This document shows, piece by piece, positions 1 through 6,489 of a DNA stretch of 11,013 nucleotides. How positions within the stretch are numbered: position 1 is the first letter of the stretch; the number at the start of each line of letters is the position of its first letter. The notes under the pieces are model-generated. The model saw only the letters and a program-made list of their open reading frames with translations. It was not told where the DNA came from and did not search any database. This DNA is from Deinococcota bacterium (lineage in GTDB: Bacteria; Deinococcota; Deinococci; Deinococcales; Thermaceae): the NCBI GenBank assembly GCA_041695225.1, contig JBGFRI010000017.1:1-11013 (forward strand), in the 5' to 3' direction. The position numbers and the translations under genes were made by a program.

Positions 1-120
1 TGGTTCAACCCAGCCGGTCATCCAGAACGTCCAAACCAAGCCTCATGCAATACTAATGGAAGGGAGGGAGTGTCGCTTAGACCAGGCCAGAATTCTGTCT
101 TGACAGAGGGGTCCACCTCA
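1..120 (+). mobile_element. Right end of an IS3-family-like insertion sequence (partial, runs off the window)
   Basis: 2..121 is the exact reverse complement of 10894..11013. It ends ...CTGTCTTGACAGAGGGGTCCACCTCA, a CA-3' terminus (TG on the other strand) typical of IS3-family IRs. An open frame 2..103 (...RLDQARILS*) ends inside the IR like an OrfB tail, and an outward TTGACA lies at 100-105. No catalytic transposase domain is visible, so the family is inferred. Confidence 0.7.
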
Positions 121-121
121 G

Positions 122-331
122 ATCGGCGCCCTGATCGCCTGTGAGCGGATACGCCAACGCATAGAAGACCATAACTGGAAGGAAATTCACCCCCAGCTTA
201 AGGTCACGGTAAGTATCGGCGTTAGCAGCGACTCCACCCTTTCCAACCACGAAAAACTACTTGCCGCCGCCGACCTTCAGCTCTACGCCGCCAAGCGTGC
301 CGGGCGAAACCGGGTCTTTCCCGAGAGATAA
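122..331 (+). pseudogene. C-terminal fragment of a GGDEF diguanylate cyclase, interrupted by the IS
   Basis: Manual translation gives IGALIACERIRQRIEDHNWKEIHPQLKVTVSIGV...LLAAADLQLYAAKRAGRNRVFPER*. The VTVSIGV and AD-x2-LY-x-AK-x2-GRNRV motifs are the GGDEF C-terminus. It starts at the IS boundary with no start codon and no GG(D/E)EF motif. Confidence 0.88.
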
Positions 332-679
332 GGTCCAGACTACGAGTTTCTTCGCCTTTGGTCGCTGCCACAGGCTGCATTGGGCTTGGCCGAGATAGTC
401 TGGGGTGCAAGAAAACACCTCCCCACTTCAGAGGAAGCAGGACGTGCGGCGAATTAGTTCCGTGTTGACACATTTCGGCCTTGCAGAGATGCTAAAAGTC
501 GCAGGCCGGGTTTTCAACCACTGCCGCATGCCGCATGCTCATACCCACTCGCTTGCAACACCGTGGAGCAGATGAACACCCTCTGGCTGGCAGCAGGTCG
601 GCTATGCCAATGAAGTGTTGCCACCCTCTCCGCAATGGGAAGAGAGAAATTTACCGAGGCCTCGAGGGCTGCCAAGGGG

Positions 680-1105
680 CTAGAGATGGGGCTGCAATTT
701 CTGTAACAGAACTGGCTTGGGTACAGCCCCTACCAGACGCTCGACTGGCTGCCCGTGTTTAAACAGAATCAGCGTCGGGATACCCTGCACCTGATAGGCG
801 CTCTGGGCCAGAGGATGGTGATCCACGTTGAGCTTGACAATCTTGATTCTGCCCGCATACTCGCGGGAGATCTCCTCGAGCACCGGTGCAATCACCTTGC
901 ACGGCCCACACCACTCGGCCCAGAAGTCTACCAGCACCGGCACGCTGGCGCCGAGCTCGGGGGTCAGGCCCTCGCCGGCATTGACCAGCCAGGGCAAAGG
1001 CTTTTTACAGGCCCCGCAGACCGGCACCTGGCCCGCCGGGGGTCTGCCGAGGCGGTTCTTCGCACCGCAATGGACACAGGTAATAACGTTGTCGGAGGTG
1101 GTCAT
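680..1105 (-). CDS. trxC: Thioredoxin 2 with N-terminal zinc ribbon
   Basis: CVHC...CGAC zinc motif, then [11 protein letters not shown] active site and the GIPTL cis-Pro loop. Confidence 0.9.
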   Translation of the reverse strand: MTTSDNVITCVHCGAKNRLGRPPAGQVPVCGACKKPLPWLVNAGEGLTPELGASVPVLVDFWAEWCGPCKVIAPVLEEISREYAGRIKIVKLNVDHHPLAQSAYQVQGIPTLILFKHGQPVERLVGAVPKPVLLQKLQPHL

Positions 1106-1150
1106 GATTTTTCCTTGGAAGTACGTCAGAGTTCTCGAAAGGTGCAGCTT

Positions 1151-1178
1151 CTTCGACCTTCGACCTTTGGCCTTCGAC
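1151..1178 (+). repeat. Four tandem heptamers CTTCGAC CTTCGAC CTTTGGC CTTCGAC
   Basis: Read directly in the clpB-trxC intergenic region. Confidence 0.75.
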
Positions 1179-1186
1179 CACCCTCT

Positions 1187-3751
1187 TTACGCCAGCGCAG
1201 CTTTTCGCTCCTCAAACTGCAAGCCCAGAGGACCTGGGGTGGCATACACTGTAGCGCCGTCGGCGATCTCGCCGGAGAGGATTTTCCTCGAGAGGGGGGT
1301 CTCGATCTCCTTCTGGATTACCCGCTTGAGCGGCCGGGCCCCAAATACCGGGTCGTAGCCGCGCTCGGCAATAAATTGCAGGGCCTCGGGGGAGAGCTCG
1401 AGCGTAATTCTCCGCTCGGCCAGCCGCTTGCGCACCGCTCCCAGCTGAATCTGTACAATTGCCGCAATCTGCTCCCTGGCCAGCGGGCGGAAGACCACAA
1501 TCTCGTCTAACCGGTTCAAAAACTCGGGGCGGAAGCTCTGCTGCAAGATGCCAAAAACCCGGTCCCGGATGGTCTCGTAGCTCTGCCCGGTCTGGATGCC
1601 TTCAAAAATGAGCTGCGAGCCGATGTTGGAGGTGAGGATAATGGCGGTGTTGCGGAAGTCTACCGTGCGGCCCTGGCCGTCGGTCAGGCGGCCATCGTCG
1701 AGGACCTGTAGCAGGGTGTGGAAAACATCGGGGTGGGCCTTCTCGATCTCGTCGAAAAGGATCACCGAGTAGGGGCGGCGGCGCACGGCCTCGGTAAGCT
1801 GGCCGCCCTCCTCGTAACCCACATAGCCCGGAGGAGCCCCGATCAGCCGCGCCACGGTGTGCTTCTCCTGGTACTCCGACATGTCAATGCGCACCATGTT
1901 TTCTTCGCTGTCAAACAGGCTGGCCGCCAGGGTTTTGGCCAGCTCGGTCTTGCCCACGCCGGTGGGGCCCAGAAAGAGGAAGGAGCCGATGGGCCGGCCC
2001 GGGTCTTTGAGGCCCGCCCTGGCCCGGCGAATTGCGTCGGCTACGGCGGCGATGGCCTCGTCCTGCCCGATCACACGGGTGTGTAGCTCGTCTTCCAGGC
2101 GCAGTAGCTTCTCTCTCTCGCCCTCCATTAGTTTGGAGACCGGGATGCCAGTCCAGCGGCTGACGATGCCAGCGATGTCTTCCTCGGCGACCATCGGGCG
2201 GACGAACTTGGCATCTTGCATCCGCTCAGACAACTCGTTTACCGCCTGCTCGAGCCTGGGCAGCTCGCCGTAACGAAGCTGAGCCGCCTTGTTTAGATCG
2301 TAGGCCCGCTCGGCCTGCTCGATCAGGGTGCGGGTCTCGTCGAGCTTCTGCTGGGCCGCCCGAAGCTGCTGCATTATCTCGCGCTCGGCCTCCCACTCGG
2401 CTTTCTGGACACCGATCTGTTCAGTTAGCTCGGCAATTTCTTTCTCTAGCTGTCCCAGCCGGAACTTGCTCTCAGCATCGGTCTCTTTTTTGAGGGCCTC
2501 GCGCTCGATCTCGAGCTGCAACTTTTTGCGATTGAGGGAGTCAATGGTCTCGGGGCTGCTCTCCAGCGCCATCCGCAGCCTGGCCGCGGCCTCGTCTACC
2601 AGGTCAATGGCCTTGTCGGGCAGCCGGCGGTCGGGTATGTAGCGGTGCGAGAGTTGGGCGGCAGCAATCAGGGCGGGGTCGGAGATGCGCACTCCGTGGT
2701 GCACCTCGTACTTCTCTTTGATGCCGCGCAGGATGCTCACGGTGTCCTCCAGGCTCGGCTCGTCTACCAATACCGGCTGGAAGCGGCGCTCTAAGGCCGC
2801 GTCCTTCTCAATCTGGCGGTACTCCTCGAGGGTCGTCGCGCCAATCATGTGCAGCTCGCCGCGGGCCAGCGCGGGCTTGAGCATGTTGCCCGCGTCCACC
2901 GCGCCCTCGGCCTTGCCCGCCCCCACCACGGTGTGCAGCTCGTCAATGAACAAAATAATCTGCCCGGCGCTCTGCACCGTCTCCTGTATCACCGCTTTGA
3001 GCCGTTCCTCAAACTCGCCGCGGTACTTGGCCCCGGCCAGCAGCGAGCCCATCTGCAGGCTCACAATCCGCTTGCCCTTTAGCCCCTCGGGCACGTCGCC
3101 CTTAACGATGCGCTGGGCTAGCCCCTCGGCAATGGCAGTTTTGCCCACTCCCGGCGCGCCAATCAAGACCGGGTTGTTCTTGGTGCGGCGCAGCAGGATC
3201 TGAATGACCCGCCGGATCTCCTCGTCGCGCCCAATAACCGGGTCGAGCTTGCCCTGTTCGGCCAGCCTGGTCAGGTCTATGCCGTACTGCTCGAGAGCAT
3301 TGTAGGTTCCTTCAGCGTGTTCGCTGTTCACAGTCTTACCCCCTCTCAGTTCCAGCATAGCTGGCTTAAGGGCACTGGCGTTCAGCCCCGCGTAGCCAGT
3401 CTCGGCCAGGGCCAGGGTGAGCAGGTCAATTGCCACGAACCTGTCCTTGTACTCTGCGGCCAGCCGCTCGGCCCTGTCGAAAATGGGGCCCAGCTTACTG
3501 GAGATATACTGCCCACCTTCGGCCCCCGAGACCCTGGGGTAGCCGGCCAGTTCGCGGCTGGCGGCTTGCTGCACGGCTTGCAGGTTCTGCCCGGCTTTCT
3601 TCAGCAGTTGCGCAGGCAGTCCCGCCGGGTCGCGGAACAGCACCGAGGCCAGGTGGCCCACATCCATCTGCTGGTTCGAGTTCTCCCTGGCCAGCGCCTG
3701 GGTCTGGGCAATGGCCTGGCGGGCTTGTTCGGTCCAACGTTCCAGGTTCAT
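1187..3751 (-). CDS. clpB: ATP-dependent disaggregase ClpB
   Basis: 854 aa with two AAA+ modules ([14 protein letters not shown] and [15 protein letters not shown]), GYVG pore loop, long coiled-coil M domain and FGARPLKR. Confidence 0.97.
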   Translation of the reverse strand: MNLERWTEQARQAIAQTQALARENSNQQMDVGHLASVLFRDPAGLPAQLLKKAGQNLQAVQQAASRELAGYPRVSGAEGGQYISSKLGPIFDRAERLAAEYKDRFVAIDLLTLALAETGYAGLNASALKPAMLELRGGKTVNSEHAEGTYNALEQYGIDLTRLAEQGKLDPVIGRDEEIRRVIQILLRRTKNNPVLIGAPGVGKTAIAEGLAQRIVKGDVPEGLKGKRIVSLQMGSLLAGAKYRGEFEERLKAVIQETVQSAGQIILFIDELHTVVGAGKAEGAVDAGNMLKPALARGELHMIGATTLEEYRQIEKDAALERRFQPVLVDEPSLEDTVSILRGIKEKYEVHHGVRISDPALIAAAQLSHRYIPDRRLPDKAIDLVDEAAARLRMALESSPETIDSLNRKKLQLEIEREALKKETDAESKFRLGQLEKEIAELTEQIGVQKAEWEAEREIMQQLRAAQQKLDETRTLIEQAERAYDLNKAAQLRYGELPRLEQAVNELSERMQDAKFVRPMVAEEDIAGIVSRWTGIPVSKLMEGEREKLLRLEDELHTRVIGQDEAIAAVADAIRRARAGLKDPGRPIGSFLFLGPTGVGKTELAKTLAASLFDSEENMVRIDMSEYQEKHTVARLIGAPPGYVGYEEGGQLTEAVRRRPYSVILFDEIEKAHPDVFHTLLQVLDDGRLTDGQGRTVDFRNTAIILTSNIGSQLIFEGIQTGQSYETIRDRVFGILQQSFRPEFLNRLDEIVVFRPLAREQIAAIVQIQLGAVRKRLAERRITLELSPEALQFIAERGYDPVFGARPLKRVIQKEIETPLSRKILSGEIADGATVYATPGPLGLQFEERKAALA

Positions 3752-3760
3752 ACTTGCTTT

Positions 3761-3789
3761 AGTATGAAAGTTGAGTCTACTGTTGTCAA
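3761..3789 (-). promoter_or_regulatory. Sigma70-type promoter of clpB
   Basis: Minus strand TTGACA (3789-3784), 17 nt, CATACT (3766-3761), then 9 nt to the ATG, so nearly leaderless. Confidence 0.8.
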
Positions 3790-3790
3790 G
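3770..3790. promoter_or_regulatory. HAIR-like (HspR) operator overlapping the clpB -35
   Basis: GTTGAGT-N7-TGTCAAG versus the HAIR consensus CTTGAGT-N7-ACTCAAG. HspR/HAIR control of clpB is known in Actinobacteria and Deinococcus. Confidence 0.7.
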
Positions 3791-3871
3791 CAGGGTGACT
3801 TTATGAATGTAGTCCTGCTTCCCTCACAAATTTCGCATCGCGCTGGCAGCTTTAGTGTACTCAGCCCCGCC

Positions 3872-3916
3872 CTACTTTCCCTCAACCTCTTTATGGGCCT
3901 TTACGTAAGCCTCGAG
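3872..3916 (-). repeat. Orphan 45-bp brnA 3' tail (LEAYVKAHKEVEGK*), beginning at CTCGAG
   Basis: 40/45 identical to 4429-4473, the end of the intact brnA. Confidence 0.88.
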
Positions 3917-3917
3917 G

Positions 3918-4187
3918 CTATACCTGCTCAAGTAGCCTGTCGTACTCGCTATGGGAGCCGATCCAGAACCAGGTGACCTCGTCGCCGTCGCGCAGGCCCA
4001 CAACCCGGTAGTTCCGGCCCACTCGAGCCGACCAGATGCCCTCACCTGCGTGGACTTCTTTGAACCGCAGGCTGGGGTGAAAGGGGTTTTCTTTCCAGAG
4101 CTTGAAAGCGGCTTTTGCCTGCCTCCGCACATCTTCGGGCAGCTTGCGGTAGTGATCGAAAAACTCGTCGTCCAGATACGACTTCAC
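3918..4187 (-). CDS. ParE/RelE-superfamily type II toxin
   Basis: 89 aa with NPFHPSLRFK, WSARVGRNYR and WFWIGSHSEYD motifs. GTGA overlap with the upstream small acidic ORF. Confidence 0.8.
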   Translation of the reverse strand: MKSYLDDEFFDHYRKLPEDVRRQAKAAFKLWKENPFHPSLRFKEVHAGEGIWSARVGRNYRVVGLRDGDEVTWFWIGSHSEYDRLLEQV

Positions 4188-4402
4188 AAATCGTCCAACT
4201 CCAGCGGTCTGCGCTTGCCAGCCTCGATGTTGGCCCGAACCCTGCTGGCAAGGTTTGACAGCTTGTCCTGGGAGTTCTCAAAGGCCTCGTCCCAGCGGCG
4301 CTCGCTCTCGATGTCCTCAAGGATCTGCATCCAAACCGCATCTTGCGCGTCCTCGGGCAGCTTGGCAATTTCTTCCAGTACCCGGTCTTTCAGCGTAGCC
4401 AT
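4184..4402 (-). CDS. Putative cognate antitoxin
   Basis: 72-aa acidic protein (LPEDAQD...RWDEAF) translationally coupled to the toxin. A leaderless -10 TACACT (4414-4409) lies 6 nt before the ATG. Confidence 0.75.
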   Translation of the reverse strand: MATLKDRVLEEIAKLPEDAQDAVWMQILEDIESERRWDEAFENSQDKLSNLASRVRANIEAGKRRPLELDDL

Positions 4403-4428
4403 AAGGCCAGTGTAGCAAACCTCGAGGC

Positions 4429-4749
4429 CTACTTTCCCTCGGCCTCATTGTGGGCTTTTACGTAAGCCTCGAGCACCGCGTTCATCTCGGTCTGGTAGCC
4501 CTTACCACGCGCCTTGAACCACTCGAGCACATCTGCCTTCACCCGCAACGTCACCGGCTGCTTGACTCGACGAACCAACACCCCGCCTTTTTTCACCACG
4601 CCTTTGGCAAACATCTCGGGGGTGATAGGCGGTATATCCGAGTAGTCAATATCCTCGTCTCTGATCGCGTCTACCCGTGCCCAGTCGGTCTTGGGCTTCC
4701 GCTTCTTCTGGACCTCAGGAGATTTCACTGTAGAAGAGTTCTTGCTCAT
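4429..4749 (-). CDS. brnA: BrnA-family antitoxin
   Basis: TDWARVDAIRDEDIDYSDIP and KQPVTLRVKADVLEWFKARGKGYQTEMNAVL motifs. ATG 4749 is preferred over the ORF-track start 4794, which lies deeper inside brnT. Confidence 0.85.
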   Translation of the reverse strand: MSKNSSTVKSPEVQKKRKPKTDWARVDAIRDEDIDYSDIPPITPEMFAKGVVKKGGVLVRRVKQPVTLRVKADVLEWFKARGKGYQTEMNAVLEAYVKAHNEAEGK

Positions 4750-5028
4750 AACTGTTCGCCTTTCGCATCGAGATGATGCGGATGCCATCCTCAAGTAGCA
4801 CGTTTACCAGCACCACAACCCGACCCTCAAGCAGTCCAAGGGTGATGAAGCGTTTTTCTCCGTAGTCGTTTCGGTCGTCTGGGAACTCTACCGTTGCGCC
4901 GTCAAAAACCTGCTTGGCGTCTAGGTTACGGCTTTGCCGGAATCGCGTAAGCGACTCGCCTAGGCGAAGTCAAACCCGTGTTTCGCTAAGTTCGCAAGAC
5001 GCTTTGCTTCATCCCACTCAAAGCGCAG
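4715..5028 (-). pseudogene. brnT: BrnT-family toxin, disrupted by the 41-bp element
   Basis: LRFEWDEAKRLANLAKHGFDFA | insertion | DAKQVFDG...DYGEKRFITLGLLEGRVVVLV...IRIISMRKAN...*. Removing 4922-4962 restores the frame. The first codon is CTG. Confidence 0.88.
4922..4962 (+). mobile_element. 41-bp structured mini-element, copy 1
   Basis: TAGGTTACGGCTTTGCCGGAATCGCGTAAGCGACTCGCCTA interrupts brnT. Confidence 0.85.
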
Positions 5029-5033
5029 GTTCT

Positions 5034-5057
5034 ATTGTACATACACACCGTACATAC
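5034..5057 (-). promoter_or_regulatory. brnTA -10 box with a putative autoregulatory operator
   Basis: TACAAT at 5039-5034. It overlaps the inverted repeat TGTA-CA-TACA (5036-5045), and GTACATAC is repeated at 5037 and 5050. Confidence 0.55.
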
Positions 5058-5130
5058 TTCAACTCACGCCTCCGGAAGCCTTCCTGGGCATGGCCTCGAG
5101 CCCTCCTGTCCCTGGTGCTATACTCGAAGC

Positions 5131-5372
5131 ATGAGCCGTTTGGAGATGCTAAAGCGCGAGATTCAGTCGCTCAGCCCGTAAGAACTGACCAGGTTCGACT
5201 AGGTTACGGCTTTGCCGGAATCGCGAAAGCGACTCGCCTACGCTGGTTTGCCGAGCTCAAGGCCGAGCTTTGGGACAAGCAGCTCGAGGCCGACGTAAAA
5301 GCGGGCAAACTCGACAAGCTGGCAGACGAGGCCATTGCGCAGTTCAGGCAGGGCAACTACAAGAAGTTGTGA
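5131..5372 (+). pseudogene. Antitoxin pseudogene (in-frame stop plus 41-bp insertion)
   Basis: MSRLEMLKREIQSLSP*ELTRFD | insertion | RWFAELKAELWDKQLEADVKAGKLDKLADEA...*. TAA at 5179-5181. An extended -10 TGcTATACT lies 6 nt before ATG 5131. Confidence 0.8.
5200..5240 (+). mobile_element. 41-bp structured mini-element, copy 2
   Basis: Identical to copy 1 except the loop GTAA is GAAA. Confidence 0.85.
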
Positions 5373-5638
5373 ATCACTTCACCGCCCCAAGCTTTTGGGC
5401 TTGCTATGCAGAACTCACGCCCGAGCAGCGAGAGCTGGCCGACAAAAGCTACGAGCTTCTAAAAGCCGACCCGCTGTATCCTTCGCTGCACTTCAAGAAG
5501 GTGGGCCGCTTCTGGTCGGCTCGAGTCACCCAAAGCATCCGGGTCGAGGCGGTGGAGATCCCCAAAGGCCAATTAGGGTTTTGGACTGGTCAACACGACG
5601 AATGCATGCGTATCATCAGCGGACAAAGCGCCTTCTAG
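5369..5638 (+). CDS. ParE/RelE-superfamily toxin, paralog of 3918-4187, possibly decaying
   Basis: A GTG start overlapping the antitoxin TGA gives 89 aa with DPLYPSLHFKKVGRFWSARV...FWTGQHDEC. Confidence 0.7.
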   Translation: MNHFTAPSFWACYAELTPEQRELADKSYELLKADPLYPSLHFKKVGRFWSARVTQSIRVEAVEIPKGQLGFWTGQHDECMRIISGQSAF

Positions 5639-5680
5639 AGTATGACCGTGAGGAGAGGCGAGCCGGTTTTTCCGGAGTCC

Positions 5681-6064
5681 TCACAACAACTTGACAGGGT
5701 ACCGTTTCAGATTCTCGTCTACTGTCACCAGGGTCAGGTCGTACTCGAGGGCTTGGGCGATCAGCAGCCGGTCAAATGGATCGCGGTGAATGAGCGGGAG
5801 GTTAGTTAGGCGCAGAATGCTGGCTCGGTTTACTTCAAGGCTTTTGAAGCCGTACAACTCGTGCTGCTCGGGCAGAAACAACTCGGGAGGCTTAGGGAGA
5901 GCCAGCCTGCCGATCTGATACTTGATAACAATTTCCCAGTCCGTAACAACGCTAACGTAGACCTCATTGTCTAGGTCACGCAGAGCAGCCTGGGTGTCTT
6001 TGGTCAGGTTTTCGTAGTCGGTCAAATACCAGAGGAATGTGTGCGTATCAAACAAAAGTCTCAT
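5681..6064 (-). CDS. vapC: VapC PIN-domain toxin
   Basis: LLFDTHTFLW, S-x3-WEI-x-IK and HRDPFDRLLIAQA...TVD PIN motifs. Confidence 0.9.
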   Translation of the reverse strand: MRLLFDTHTFLWYLTDYENLTKDTQAALRDLDNEVYVSVVTDWEIVIKYQIGRLALPKPPELFLPEQHELYGFKSLEVNRASILRLTNLPLIHRDPFDRLLIAQALEYDLTLVTVDENLKRYPVKLL

Positions 6065-6291
6065 TCCCCGCCCTGAAGCCTCTTCAGTATCTCGTCGGGC
6101 AGTGGGGCATCAAAGTCGCCGGGAACCACGAACCGACCTTTGGACAGCCCAATGGGGCGCTGCTTTTTTACCGGCTTGATCTCGGCCAGGATCTCTTCTC
6201 CTTCGGTCAGCAGCAAGGTTTGGCCCAAACGCACCCGCTCGAGCACGGCCCTGGGGTCGCGCTGAATTTCCTCGAGGGTAACGGCTAACAT
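6061..6291 (-). CDS. Phd/YefM-like (VapB) antitoxin
   Basis: 76 aa with a Phd-like N-terminus and RPIGL..G...VPGDFDAPLPDEIL tail. ATGA overlap with vapC, and a -10 TAAGAT 6 nt upstream. Confidence 0.8.
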   Translation of the reverse strand: MLAVTLEEIQRDPRAVLERVRLGQTLLLTEGEEILAEIKPVKKQRPIGLSKGRFVVPGDFDAPLPDEILKRLQGGE

Positions 6292-6315
6292 ACACTTATC
6301 TTAGCACAAGCCGGC

Positions 6316-6360
6316 CTACCTCTACTCGGCCTCTTTATGGGCTTTCACATAGGCCTCGAG
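6316..6360 (-). repeat. Second orphan 45-bp brnA 3' tail (LEAYVKAHKEAE*), beginning at CTCGAG
   Basis: 36/45 identical to 4429-4473. Differences before the stop are at third codon positions. Confidence 0.82.
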
Positions 6361-6489
6361 CCCCAAGCTCCTCCGGGCATATAAACTACTTCGCCAGCCG
6401 ACCCAGCGAGCCCTGCTTACCCATCTCGAGGCTAAAGTGCCGGAAGAACCTGTTAGGCGATGAGTATATCGCCCCACCTGGGCCAGGCT

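Noticed and set aside
222..762. ORFs 222..473 (-) and 535..762 (+)
   Set aside because: They overlap the GGDEF remnant or trxC on the opposite strand and have no recognisable motifs.
3752..3870. CIRCE/HrcA operator upstream of clpB
   Set aside because: No TTAGCACTC-N9-GAGTGCTAA match. The HAIR-like site fits better.
755..3976. Plus-strand and alternative-frame ORFs over trxC and clpB
   Set aside because: Shadow ORFs of GC-rich genes with no recognisable motifs.
3872..4132. 86-aa ORF ending in a BrnA-like tail
   Set aside because: An alternative frame of the toxin gene that happens to read into the orphan tail. It has no plausible start signal.
4922..4962. Hammerhead ribozyme or self-splicing element
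   Set aside because: It has a three-stem shape but lacks the CUGANGA/GAAA catalytic core.
4921..4963. CTAG or TA target-site duplication around the mini-element
   Set aside because: Removing 39 bp leaves a stop and frameshift in brnT, and copy 2 lacks the second CTAG.
4914..5372. 152-aa ORF as a real gene
   Set aside because: A chance fusion of antisense brnT, two mini-elements and the antitoxin C-terminus. The true start is 5131.
3872..6430. Classical integron with attC sites
   Set aside because: No integrase in the window and no RYYYAAC...GTTRRRY palindromic attC structures between modules.
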